Below are positions 12,501-27,500 of a DNA stretch of 64,000 bases, one piece after another (the stretch's first letter is position 1; every line of letters starts with the position of its first letter). The notes beneath the pieces are model-generated. The model worked only from the letters and a program-made list of their open reading frames with translations, was not told the origin of the DNA and did not search any database. This DNA is from Rotaria socialis (Eukaryota): contig CAJNYD010000106.1 in the NCBI GenBank assembly GCA_905331295.1, positions 62,001-126,000 of the forward strand, in the 5' to 3' direction. Made by a program: the position numbers and the translations under genes.

Positions 12501-15500
12501 AACAAATCAATAAAAAAATTGTGTCAACCGATGATGAACTAGAAAAAGATGATGAAGAACCATCGAGTACAACTGAACAAACAATAAAAGAAATATCAGG
12601 AAGAGATACAGATGAGGATGCATCATTTTCTGAAAATGAACAAATACCATCAGAATCTTTCAAATCAGATGAACAACAAAAAACAATTGAAGATTCTCAT
12701 CCATCATTGTTGTTATCATCATCAACAACAAATGAAAAACAAGATGATCACGAAATTCAACCGACAACAGCCGAGTCATCAATCAATGATTTAGAATCAA
12801 AGTCGCAATCGACATATTCAATTGTAGAACCATCCGAGACAACTATTCATCGAGAGGTAAATTTGTAAAATTCTTCTTTTTTTTGTTATATGCTTATTAT
12901 GGTTTTTTTTTCTTTCTTTCTTTCCTTTCCAGGACATTGAACAAATACAAACAACCGACATTGCTTTACCTAGAATTTCGATTGTAACAACGAAGTAAAA
13001 AGAACATTTTTTTTCTTATGCAAATTATGTTTTGCATGCCTCTTGTGTAGAACTTTATTGGAAAACATTGACACGCAACCTATTGAAATTAGTGTTTCTG
13101 AAGATGAAAAGATATCATCATCATTATCATCATCGTCGAAGGGCAAAACAAGTGACTCAATTGATGAAAGTAATCAAGATCTTCGAGCCTTCATGAACAC
13201 ACTTACAACTCATCTTATGCCTGGATTACCAACATCATTTGATGATGAAACCGAAGATGAACATTCGTTTGTGTCTGAAACAAAATCATCTGAAGAACTA
13301 GTAACACAAGATGAGCAAGTTCTTAATTATATTCCACGAAAATCGATTGAAGATACTAAAGACATATTCGATCAATCATTCGAGGAATTTTCCTTAGAGA
13401 AAAATGATGAAATCAAGTAAATTTTAAAATAACTTAATTTTTTCAATGAACTATTGTGTTTTTTTTTAAATTGTTATTAAGAACGGAAATTGATGAACAG
13501 CAAGACAAAAGCGAACCATCTTCTTCGTTAATTCCTACAATGGAAACTAAAACTTCAACATTTGAACAATCAGATTTAGATAAACAAAGTTCAACAACAC
13601 ACGAAGCAATAATTTTATCGAAAGATTCTCTAGTCAATGTTGTTGAACAAATGAAATCTCAAGATAAACAACATTTAGATCAAGATGAACCTGATAGTTT
13701 TTCTCAGGATTCTTCGACTACAACAACTGAAATATTTGCAACTCAATTACAACCAAAACCAATACTAATTTATGATACAGAAGACGTAACACAAAAGCAG
13801 CCACTAACTGTTAATGATGTTGCTCAAGTTACTAATGAAACGAATTATTTTCAATCTCCTCTTGAGAAAGAAAAAATACTTACAGATACTCAGGAATTCA
13901 TCGAACCGATAACACAACACGATACATTACTATCAGTTGAATCAACAATTGAAAGTAATCAATATGTCATCAAGCTAGACGAAGTACCACAACAACAACC
14001 AGTATCTAGTACTTTATCTGGAACTGATGAAACCATCGAAAAATCAACATCGCACGATGATCAATCATCAGTTGAATCTCAATCAAAACAAGAAGTCGAT
14101 GAGCAAAAACCATTCGAATCTTCAGTAGATATTGTTCGTCAGATGGGTCCTGCACTGCAAATTATTCGTCTTCCATCGACTGATAATAAAACCGAAACTA
14201 CGCATATTTTGCAACAAGACATTGAAAAGTCATTAGTTGACTCTCATGTAGATATCGTATCAACCAGTGAAAGCATTCCCAGTGAACTAGTGACAACGAA
14301 AGAAGATCAACCAGAACATATTTCATACGAAACTATGACAGAATCTATTCGTGAAATTATCAAAGAAATTACAACTCCTTCAGAACAAACATGTGACATT
14401 ACTATGCAACAACAACAAGATGAACATGTTCCTGAAGTGCAAACGTAAGTTATTTGATATGATCATTTTTTTTTCATAATTGAAAATTTCAATTTTTCTT
14501 AATAGTACATCGTCAACATCACTCGATTTACCTGCCACAGAAACTACTTGTCCTAAAAGAGTTGAAGATCATGTTAACGAACAACTTACTACAAACACTC
14601 TTACAACTACTTCGCAAATTACAGACCAAACAGTTTCTGAAGATTATCAACTGACTGCTGACGATCTTGAAAAAACAGGTGAAACCGATCGTCCCTCTTT
14701 GGATGTGTTAACAGAAGCTGCTCGTGAAATAATAACCACAACAACAACTACTTCTATTGATCAGCCATCAGTTATAATAAAAACAGATGCCGTTGAAAGT
14801 GTCGATTTTGTTCCATCTCCATCAACAACATTAGAAAAAATTAACAAAGTAGCAATACCTTTAGATGAAAAAGAAATATCTTTTGAAATACTAACAAAAA
14901 CAACAACAGCAGAACAAAACACATTTGTTGATAAGTACGAAGAGAAACCATTGATCGAAAATCTTGCGACAATTATCCATGAAGATTTGCCAACTACTCA
15001 CCAAGATCAAGAGCAATATGTTTTAGAAACTGTCGAAGAGTCTGTTCAACAACACGAAACACCGAAATTTGATCAACCTCAAATTCAAGAAATCATTCAA
15101 ACAGTTACCGATGAATTTCAACCAGAAACTCATATAGAAAAACATGAAATTGCCGCGGAAAATGTTATCATACCAGATAATGTTCAACAAACATCTGATT
15201 CGCAAATCAAAGCAGAAACAAGCTCGGAACATATAGATTTAGATGAACCAACAAGAACAACATTTACTACTGCAGTTGAAAGCACTAATGAACAGCCAGA
15301 AACAACAAGTCTTTCATCTCTAAATTCGGGAAAAAATGCTCCAGAAACTCTAGTTCTGCCAATTGCTGCTGATCTTCCAATAGTCGATCCTACTGTAAGC
15401 CCGAAACTCGAGAAGGAACAAACAATTCCAAAAACATTAATCGATTCATTTGGTCAAATTACTGGAGCATTCGTAAGAACACTTTCTGGTACAGCACTAA

Positions 15501-18500
15501 AAACCGAAGAAAACTTAATAGAAAAAACAGATATTAATCTAGAAGCACAACAATCACTTAGCACATCATCTTTAGTCGAATCGGTCGAAATTTCGACATC
15601 AGATAATCAACAAGAATCAATCAAAGATAACAACCTTGGACAAGATTCATTGAAAGTGTTGAGTGAAGTGTGTTCAGCAGCTCTCGCTACACCCATTACT
15701 TTGGATGTTCCAACAGCTGATCACAAACTAGACTCAACAATTGAGCCGGAGCTATTAGTTCCAAAGCCATCTATAGAATCACTTACTCAAATTATTAAAC
15801 AAGCTACCACAATTGAATCCGCAGAAAGGAAATCCTATGCTGAAGAAACACTACATCCGCATATTAAAGAAGATGCAACTACAGAATCACCACCAACATC
15901 TCCTGGAGACGTCACAAATAGAGATGAAGTTGAACACGTGAAATCAACAACAGTGATTCAAGCACCCTCGTCCGATATTGTCGCTGAATTAAATGAACCA
16001 TTTGACAAACTTCAAACTTCCCTGAAAACAACACCGTCAGAAGAAAACCCAGAAGACAAAAACGAAGAACAAAAGCGACACGATGAACAAATTTCAATGC
16101 AACCATTAACAGAAGCTCTTCCTGAAATTCTTACTACATCAGCTGCACCACATCAACCCACTGTAGAACAAATCCTACTGGAAGCAACTAAAAATGAACA
16201 TATATTGGAAACACCAACAATCCCATCGATCACCGAAACAACAAAAACAATCCTGATAGTAACACCGACAGAACTTACTGTACTCGAAGAAGAGAAAATT
16301 AAACCAGCCGATCTGAAAGATGAAGAATTACAACATCCGATCGTCACATCATCAAACATTCAAATTAATGACGAAATCATCCAGGACGATCCACAAAAAC
16401 CAGTCACAGAGTCTACAACAAAACCAGCTGATCATGTTTCTACAGAGGCACTCACTGAAGCACCTCGTGAAATAATTGCAATTCCAGTCACTCTACATCA
16501 GCCAATTGACACACGCGAGGAAGTACAAGCTATTGAAAATCAAACAATAGTGGAAGAGCCATCATCAGAAACTATCATTGAACTTAACAAACAACTTCAA
16601 GAAATTGAATCCTCATTATTTGGAACACCTGATGAAGAGAAGCCAGCACCAGTCGATATCCAACATGATGATAAACAACAATTGCACACAACACCAACTA
16701 ATATTGAAACCACAGAAGATATCACTACACAAGTTCAACAACCAGCAATAACAGAGCCTACAACAGAATTAGCTGATCATGTTTCAACAGACGCACTCAC
16801 TGAAGCTGTTCGTGAAATAATTGCAAAGCCACTTATTGCTGATATGCCAACAGAGCAACAGCAAACAACTCAAGCATCATCGTTGTCATCCATCATCGAA
16901 ATACCAACATTTACAGAACTGACTACGACACCTGAGGAAACAATTCAACCTGTCGATGTGAAACAACAACAATTACAACAGGCAATTGCAACATCACCGC
17001 ATAGTGGAATTGTTGACCAAATCACAATGGAAAAACAACAACCGGTGTTTGTAGAGCCTACAACAGAAGTAGCTGATCGTGTTTCTACACAGGCACTCAC
17101 TGAAGCGGTTCGTGAAATAATTGCAACACCACTTATTGCCAAAATACCAACACAAGAACACGTTGAAGAACGAACAATTGAAACTGAGGCAATAACGAAA
17201 AAGTCATCATCCGAAACTATCGGTGAACTTAAAACAGAAATTGAATCCTCATTATTTCAAACACCTGATGAAGGGAAGCCAGAATCAATGCATATCCAAC
17301 ATGACGATGAACAACAATTGAGCACAATACCAACCAATCTTGAAACCACAGAAGATATCACTACACAAGTTCAACAACCAGGAATCACAGAGCCTCCAAC
17401 AGAATTAGCTGACGATGTTTCTACAGAGGCACTCACCGAAGTTGTTCGTGAAATTATAGCAAGGTCAGCTATTGCAGATATACCAACAGAAGAAAACGTC
17501 GAACAAAAAACAGTTGAAAGTCCTACGATTGTCGAAATACCAGCACCGGCAGAAATCATTAACACGCATGAAGAAATAATAGAACCCGTCGCTGTCAAAG
17601 AAGAGCAATTACTCCAAGCACCTATAACATTAGCGACTCCTGATATTGTTGAAGAAATCACGAAGGACGATCAACAACCATCATTCAAAGAGCCAACAGC
17701 CGAAGCAGCGGATCACGCTTATACAGAGGTACTCACTGAAGCTGTGCGCGCAGTAACCGCAACGCCAGTCATTGCTGATTTACCAAAAGAAGAACATGTT
17801 GAAGAACGAACTATTGGAACACCAACGATTGTCGAAATACCTGCATCGGTAGAAGTCACTACAACGCATGAAGAGAAAATCGAACTTGTTGCTGCCAAAG
17901 AAGACGAATCACAACAAGCACCACTCACACAGCCTACAACAGACTTAGCTGATCATGTTTCTGCAGAGGCACTCACTGAAGCTCTTCGTGAAATAATTAA
18001 AACGCCACTTATTGCTGATATACCGAAAGAAGAACACGTTGAACTAACAACATTTGAAACTCCGTTGATTCTCGAAATGCCTGCACCAGGAGAACTTACT
18101 ACAACACATGGAGAGAAGCTCGAACCTGCCGCTGTGAAAAAAGAAGAATCCCACGAACCAGTCGCCATGTCACCGCCTTCTGAAATTATTGAAGTAATCG
18201 CAAAGGAAGATCATCAAACGCTAGTTGTGGACCCTTCAACAGAATTAGCTGATCGTGTTTCTACACAGGCGCTCACTGAAGCTGTTAGCGAAATAATCCC
18301 AACACTAGTTATTGCAGATATACTGGCACAGCAACATGTTGAAGAGCGAACGATTGAAGCTGAGACAATAACGAAAAAGTCATCATCCGAAACTATCACT
18401 GAAATTAAAACAGAAATTGAAGAAATTGAATCCTCATTATTTGGAACACCTGATGAAGAGAAGCCAGAATCAGTCAATATTCAACATGATGATAAACAAC

Positions 18501-21500
18501 AATTGCACACAACACCAACTAATATTGAAACCACAGAAGATATCACTACACAAGTTCAACAACCAGCAATCACAGAGCCTACAACAGAATTAGCGGAACA
18601 TGTTTCTACAGAGGCACTAACTGAAGCTGTTCGTGAAATAATTGCGACGCAGATTATTGTTGATATACCAAAAGAAGAGCATGTTCAACAACCAGCATTC
18701 GAAACTCCATTGATTGTCGAAATACCAGCATCTGTAGAAGTGACTACAATATCTGAGGACAGATTCGAACCGGTCGCTGCGAAAGAAGAGCAATTACTAG
18801 AAGCTACCTTTACATCAGCGGCTCCCGAAATTGTTGAAGAAAGCACCAACGAAGATCAAAAACCAGCAGTGACAGAGGCTACAACAGAAGAAACTGATCA
18901 TGTTTCAACAGAGGCACTCACTAAAGCTGTTCGTGAAATAATTGCAAGGTCAGGTATTCCAGATGTACCGACCGAAGAACACGTTGAACAACGAACGATT
19001 GCAGCTGAGACAATAACTGAAGAGCCATCATCCGAAACTATTGCTGAAATTAAAACAGAAATTGAAGAAATTGAATCCTCATTATTTGGAACACCTGATG
19101 AAGAGAAGCCAGAATCAGTGGATACCCAACATGATGATAAACAAGAATTGCACACAACACCAACCCATATTGAAACCACAGAAGATATCACTCCACAAAT
19201 TCAACAACCAGGTGTCACAGAGCCTACAACAGAATTAGCGGATCATGTTTCTACGGAGGCACTAACTGAAGCTGTTCGTGAAATAATTGCGACGCAGATT
19301 ATTGTTGATATACCAAAAGAAGAGCATGTTCAACAACCAGCATTCGAAACTCCATTGATTGTCGAAATACCAGCATCTGTAGAATTGAATACAACATCTG
19401 AGGAAAAATTCGAACCTGCCGCTGTGAAAGAAAACGAATTACAACAGGCAAGCGTGACATCGCCCGTTTCTGAAATTGTTCCCGAAATCACAAATGAAGA
19501 TCAACAACCGGTATTGGCAAAGCCTACTACGGAAGTAGAGGATCATGTTTCTACTGAGGCACTCACTGAAGCTGTTCGTGAAATTATTGGCTCACCAGTT
19601 ATTGTAGATATACCAAAAGAAGAGCATGTTGAACAACCAACATTTGAAACTCCGTTGATTGTCGAAATACCTGCACCGGCAGAAGTTAGTACAACAGATG
19701 AAACGAAAACCGAACCTACCGCTGTCAAAGAAGAGCAATTACCAGAAGCTTCCCTCACATCCGCGGCTCCTGAATTTGTTGAAGAAATCAGGAAGCATGA
19801 TCAACAACCAGCAGTCACAGAGCCTACTACGGAAGTAGAGGATCATGTTTCTACCGAGGCACTCACTAAAGCTGTTCGTGAAATAATTGCAAGGTCAGTT
19901 ATTGCAGATGTACCAACAGAAGAACACGTTGAAGAACGAATAATTGAACCGCCAATGATTGTCGAGATACCTGCACCGGTAGAAGTCACTGCAACGCATG
20001 AAGAGAAAATCGAACTTGTTGCTGCGAAAGAAGACGAATCACAACAAGTTTCCGTCACATCAGTGGCTCCTGAATTTGTGGCAGAAATCACGAAGGAAGA
20101 TCAACAACCAGCAGTCACAGAGCCCACAACGGCAGCAACTGATTATGTTTCAACAGAGGCAGTCACTGAACCTGTTCATGAAATAATTGTAACGCAGGTT
20201 ATTACTGATATACCGAAAGAAGGCCATGTTGAACAACCAGTATTTGAAACTCCATCGATTGTTGAAATACCAATATCTGTAGAATTGACTACAACATCTG
20301 AGGAGAAAATCGAAGCTGCCGCTCTCAAAGAAGAAGAATTACAACAGGCAATTGCGACATCATCTGATAGTGGAATTGTTGAAGAAATTACAAAGGAGGA
20401 TCAGCAGCCAGCAGTCGTAGAGCCTACCACAGAAGCAGCTGAGGATGTTTCTACTGAGGCACCCATTGAAGCTGTTCATGAAATTATTGCTACGCCAGTT
20501 ATTGTCGATATACCAAAAGAAGAACATATTGAAGGCCGAACAATTGAAACTCCATTGACTGTCGAAATACGAGCACCAGGAGAAGTTGCGACAACAGATG
20601 AGGAGAAAATGGAACCAGTCGCCGTGAAAGAAGAAGAATCCCACGAACCAGTCGCCATGTCACCGCCTTCTGAAATTGTTGAAGTAACCGCAAAGGAAGA
20701 TCATCAACCGCTAGTTGTGGAGCCCTCAACAGAATTAGCTGATCGTGTTTCTACACAGGCACTCGCTGAAGCTGTTAGTGAAATAATCCCAACATTAGTT
20801 ATTGCTGATATACTGGCACAGCAACATGTTGAAGAGCGAACGATTGAAGCTGAGACAATGACGGAAAAGCCATCATCAGAAACTGTCGTTGAGCTGAACA
20901 AAGAACTTGAAGAAATGGAATTGTCATTATTAGGAACACCTCTCGAAGATAAGCCAGAATCAATGGATATGCAACTTGATGTTGAAGCGCAATTGAGCAT
21001 GACACGAAGCAATATTGAAACTTCAATGGATATCAGTACAGAAGATCAGCAACCACCTGTTGTAGAGACGATAACAGAAGTAGATGATCGTGAAATAATT
21101 GGAACTGCAGTTTCTGTTCAATTACCAACAGAGGAACGTGCTTTAGAAGCAACTGTTGAAAATGCATCGATTGTCGAAACGGTAATATTTACAGAAGCTA
21201 CTACAACAGACGAGGAGAGAACTCAACGAGCGGGCGCAAAAGAATTAGAGTTACCACAATTAATTGTCTCATCGGCTGATGCTGATAGTGTGGAAAACGT
21301 TACAGAAGAGTGTCATCAAACAGAAGTCTTAGAGGCGACGAAAGAAGTAGCTGAACGTGTTTCTTCCGACGCAGTTGTCGACGCTGTTTGTGAGATTGTT
21401 GGAACACCAGTTATTGTTGAGTCCCAGCAAGTCGAGAATACGGTACAGGAAATATTCGAAACGACGTCATTGCCATATTTTCATGAAGCTCCTGATCAGA

Positions 21501-24500
21501 TGGAATCAGTTACATTTGCAGATATAATTGCAGCAGAGGAAGAAATGAATAAATCCTTGGATCGTATACAAAAAGAAGTAGAGCAATCAACAAGTGTACC
21601 AGTAGTTGCTATGGTCAGTACAGAAGAAATCAAAACAGAAGACGATCAATCAGTAGTTGCAGACAAGCCGAACGAAGACGTTGCTGAAGAAATGTCTTGG
21701 GATGCATTAACTGGAGCAGTTCGTGAAATTCTCAGTACAACAGTTATTGCTGATCTTCCAGTAGTCGAGGATAACCTTCAACAAACACCTCAAACTGAAG
21801 CAATACCAGAAACACCTTTGTTGTCATCGCTTTCTGAAAGTAAAGATGAACTCAAAACAATGTCACCATTGGAGAAAACTACACTAGAAGAAGAAGAACG
21901 AACAGAACCATCGGATACTAAACAACAAGAATTACAAGAATCAAGTTTGATACCATCTATTACTGAAATTGCAGTAGAAAGTAGTACAGAAGAACAAGAA
22001 GCTGAACGAATCGCTTCCGAAACATTAAGTGAAACAGTTCGTCAAATTCTTGCAACACCAGTAACTGTTCATCTTCCAACTGTAGAACACTCGATACAAG
22101 AAGCTACTGAACATGAACCATCACTGGAAAGAACATTATCAGCATCTCTTGATGAGGCTTCTGATCAACTCGATAAGTTATTGTCTTCAACAGATAGTTT
22201 AGCTGTAGAAAAAATAACGGAAGTCGAAGTGAGAAAGCATGATGAAGTACAACAACCAACGATAACATCATTTACTACACAGGAAATAGAGGTAAGAACA
22301 ACAGAAGATCAATCATCATCAAACGCTGACACGAAAACAGAAGAAGTCGCTGAACGTATTTCTTCGGAAGTGTTGAATGATGTTGTCCGTGAAATTATTT
22401 CTACACCTGCAACTGTTGAGATTCCAGCGATTGATATTATACCCGACAGCAAAATTACAACTATTGAAGGAGAAGCGGACAAAACATCCGATGAAACAAT
22501 ATCTTCAGTTCTAGAACAAGAAGTACCAGTTGTTCTACCAGCTGAAGTAGTAACAGAAGAAAAACTTCAACTAACAGATACGACGTTAACTGAAGAACCA
22601 CAGTTAAGTGCGCCTGCGTCAGTTATGGAAATTAAGGCCGAACCAACAGCAACAAAAGATGCAATGACTGAACATGAAGTTGAATCATTGCCATTGAAAT
22701 CATCAAATGAAATTGTTCCAGAAACGACGGATACATCAGTTAATGCAAATTTGTCTTTTGTTGATGATAAATCAAAAACTACTGAACAGATCGAACAACC
22801 AGTCATACTTTCTGAAAGTAGTGCCATGGAAAAAAGTGAGGCTATTCCGGAAAATGTTATTTCTATTACAACAATAACTACCACAGCTCACACGGAACAA
22901 ACACCAGCTGAAAAACAAAGTCCATCTAACGACCAAAAGGAAATAGAAGAAGAAGAAGACGAAGAAACTTTGTCAACAGATCTATCACGAGAAGGCGTCA
23001 ACCAAGTTTCAACTGCACCAATACAAACTGATATATCGTTGGTTGAAACTAGTTTTATAATTTCTGCTGATACAATAGATGTAAATATTGAGAAAAATGT
23101 TGAAAAACAATTAGATTCAATTACAGCAACAAGCGTAACTGAACATGTTGAAAAACATGTTACAGGTGCGAATGCAATGTATTTCGAAGACACAACTCAT
23201 GACATTGTAACAATACCAACCGCTAATGATAGAATCGAAATTGTAACTCCGGTTGAAGAAGTAAAACAGCCAACATATACGTCAATTGAAGTCGTTCATG
23301 AAACTATTACAGTAACACCCGAAGTGGATTCGGACAAGAAAGAAATATCATACGTTCAAACTCAGCTACGTGAATCTGACGAAGTTATGTCTCTTCCAAA
23401 TATAATTACATCGTCTGAAAGGGAACCAGTTCCAGTTCAATCAACTCCTACAGTTATTAGTGAACAACCAGATCAAGAAACTTCTCTTCAAGATAATGTT
23501 TCAAGTTCTGAAATGAAAATTGTGTCCAGTGAATCAGAGTCACCAGTTCATCCATTGGATTTTACGCTATCTGCTTCTTCGAAAGAGGAATTGTCATCTC
23601 AACATGATAACGAAATTATTTCGCCAGCATTATATGGCACAATAAAAAATCTTGTTGATGATGCCATTGTTGATGCATGTTGTATGCTTGAACAAACAGT
23701 TCCTGATCAAATCACCGATCAATCACTAACCTCGACATATACCGTATCAGATGAATATCCTAAAGAAGTTACTCCTGATATAAATTTAATAAATGATCTT
23801 GAAACTAAAGCGGTGGATGATTATTCTTCAATATCTGGTCTAACAAATATCGTCAATGATTTAGTTAAAATTTCAAATGAAGCATCTCCAGAATCGTCTA
23901 TTTCAAATGAAGATAATAAAGTTATTGTTTCTCCAAAATCAGATTTTCATGAACAAATTCAAACAACTGAACTTCCGAATATTGCTGATGCAACTACAAA
24001 AACATTGAATATTCAAACAAGTTTTCCGGAACAATTCGATATCTCAGAAGATACACCTTTACAACGAGCCAGTGCCGTTAAACCAACTTTTGTAATTGGT
24101 GATCTAGATCAAGATATTACAGATGAAGAACCACCAACATTTTTTGTGCCGGATACTCCAACAAATTCAGAAGCAAACTTTATAGCACTATACGAACATC
24201 GACATTTCGTATCAAATGCAGACGAAGAATCATCGTCACCGTTCACTCCTGCAGATAGTCAAACATCACTTGAATCAGTGACTCAACTAGAAGAGAAAAC
24301 ATATGTATCAGATTCGCCTTTGGCATATTTTGAGCTACAAGAAAAACGTCATACATTAATGTCTCCTGAAAAATCAACTGAATCTGATAAAACAGAACAA
24401 TCTACTTCTTCTTTAACCACATGGACAACAATGGAACCGTTTATTGCTAATGAAGAACAACAAAAGAAACCAGACATATCAGATATTAATCTTGATGATC

Positions 24501-27500
24501 GTTCCTATGAATATGCTCGAAAATTTGATTTAGAATCTCCTTCAGTTGTATCACATTTGCCTTCAAGAGAATATCATCAAGTATTCGGTGTATCCGAAGA
24601 TATCATTAAAACAGTTGATGATATGACAGATCATGTTCAACAAGCACTCTCAACAGAACTAGAACAAAATCAACAACCGGTTACTTCAGATGAAATATCA
24701 AGTCTACTCTCTGAATCGAATGAAAACTTAGCATCCGAAGATATTCAATCTGCATTGTTCTCTACAGATGCACCTGTTTCCGAGAGTGTAAAAAGAATCA
24801 CAGAAGCACTTGCAGCACTTGAATTCGATCTACGCGCGCAGCAAGATAATATACAATTACATGAAAGTTCATTTCTAGAAACAGATGAACATGTAGTCGA
24901 TGAAAACAATATAGTATCTTCTAAACTTGCAACAGCACTAACTGATGATATCGAACAAGCATTGAAAGATCATCCACCTGTTTTTTCACCTGAAAAGGAG
25001 TTCAGTAATGAAGATTTATTACCAGCAGAAATAAAAAGCGAAAATGTCGGTGAAATTACATCAACGGTTGAATTAGATTCACAATATTCGAAATTACAAG
25101 ATCTAATTGATAGTTTAAAAGAACCATTGGACGATTTACAATCATCTTCATCATCAATTGTTGAACACCAATCAATAACAACAGACATTGAAGAAAAGAC
25201 GGATGATGATTATCATCTAGAAGATCGATATGATACGCTTATTGACCATATTACAAAACTTGAAGAAGCTACACATGAAAGTCTTATTCCTGATACTAAT
25301 CAAGAGGTTGTTCTATTACCACAAGATGATAAATCAGTTGACGATAATATGACCAGTGATGATCTAGTTAAAACAGTCGAAGAAATATTTGCTTCACCTG
25401 TCTGTTCAGTTATTAATCCATATGAAAAAATAGCCAGTGAAGAAGGAATCAACTATTCAAATCTTGCAGTGACTCTCGAACAAATGATCGCACAAACGCA
25501 ATATCCAACAAAATTCACCAAACTAGCAGCACCAACTGACTTAACTTTATCTTCAAATGAACTGGAACAAAAACAACAAGAAGAAACACAAGTAGTAGAA
25601 TCTCACAATGAAATACTTACTTCAACATCCATCGATCAAAAAGAAATATTGAATCAAGACGATTTACCGGAGACAGAAAAAATACAACCATCAAGCATTT
25701 TTGAAAAAGGTAGATCAGCCATTACCGATGCTCTGACACTACTTACTGATGCTACCCTACAATCGAGTACAACTGATGAGATAACTAGTTCGGCAGATTC
25801 GAGTTTCCACGACAACAGTGATCTTCAAGCAAAATTTATAGCAACTATTACGGAGACAACCACAACTACTCAACCAGTAATTACATCTGAAGAAGTAATA
25901 AGCTCACCTGAAACAAAAGATGAACATATCGTTCAGACATCATTGAACGACAATGAAATAAAACCAGAAGACAAACAAATACAAACATTGGCAACAGATG
26001 TATTATCAAGTTCAGCTATTTTATCATCAAGTATGATTCCATCGACAACAACAGAAGTAAATGATACAGAAAAACATGTTGAGAACTCAGAAATCGCATC
26101 GAGCCCAGCAGCAGGTTACTTTAGTAGTAGTGATGTTTATCATGCATACAAACAACCAATTGAACCTGTAATTGAAAAAGAACCAACAACGGAAACTCAC
26201 GATGAAGTCACTTTAGCCAGTCAAGTACCAATCATCGATGAAGAAAAATCAGCTCCAGTCGTAGTCGAACAAGAAGTTGACGTTTTAAAATCAGTTTCAG
26301 AAGAAAAAGAGAGTGTCGATGAAGATACATCATCCGTTGGACTATTGGAAACATTAAAAAGTTATTTACCAGCATCAATTCGATCAACAGAAATAGAAGA
26401 GACCACTTCTGAAACGCCTAGCGTATCAAATACGACAGACGAAGATACTACTACGTCGTCAATGACTGGCTCGATGGTAGCTTCAGTATCAGAAGAACAT
26501 TTGACTGAAAGTGTAGAACCATTAATTGAAGCATCCGAAAAATCATCAATGTCCAGTCCAGTAGCAGGTTATTTCAGTAGTAGTGATGTTTATCATGCTT
26601 ATAAACAACCAATTGAACCGGTCTTTGAAGAAGAACCAGAATCATCCAGTCTGATTGAAAAAGCCACAACAATTGTTAGTAGTATCATTTCTAGTCTCAC
26701 AAGTGCTGTAACAACAACAGACAGTACACAAGATTCGATTTCTACTGTTGATGAAACACTTTCACATTCAGCTGTAGTAGAAGATGAAACTAAAATTTTG
26801 AAACCATTACCCGACGAACAAAATATCCAGCAAGAATCGTTATCGTCACCAATCATGTTAGAAGAGGTTAAAACTGTATTACCATCCGATATTTCGTTAA
26901 CAGCAACAGATCAAATTACTTCTGAAGAACCAGTAGTATCATCGTCGTTAGAAGAAGTCGTAGTAGCGGATGTTCCTGGTGAAGATCTTAGTAAATCAGA
27001 GCAACAAAAAATAGAAACGATGAAACCGGTAGAAATTTCATCACCAGTGACTGGTTACTTCACCAGTAGTGATGTTTACCATGCATACAAACAACCCATT
27101 GAGCCCGTCTTGGAAAAAGAACCGGAATCACCCAGTCTTGTTGAACAAGTCACAAACATTGTTAGTCATATTATCACTGATTTCACAAGTCATTTGCCAA
27201 CATTATCAACAACTGAAACAGAACTCACCAGCGAACCATCGATCACTGAAATAGAGATGTCAGCTCCAATTGCAGTCGATGAAGAAATAATCGCACTAAA
27301 ATCAACTCTAGATGAACAAGAGACTGCGCCAGAGGAAGCATCTTCAACAGGCCTATTAGAAACATTGAAAAGTTATTTACCAGCATCAATGCGATCAACA
27401 GAACTAGAAGAAATCATTTCTGAATTACCAGCTGAGTCAACAAAGATTGATGAAGAAACTGTGGCATCTTCTAGTACTCCTGCAGTAGTCACTTCAGTGT

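Noticed and set aside
16085..22400. Regularly spaced conserved cores with variable spacers resembling a CRISPR array
   Set aside because: The spacers are homologous to each other, about 250-300 nt long and in frame within a eukaryotic exon; there are no cas genes.
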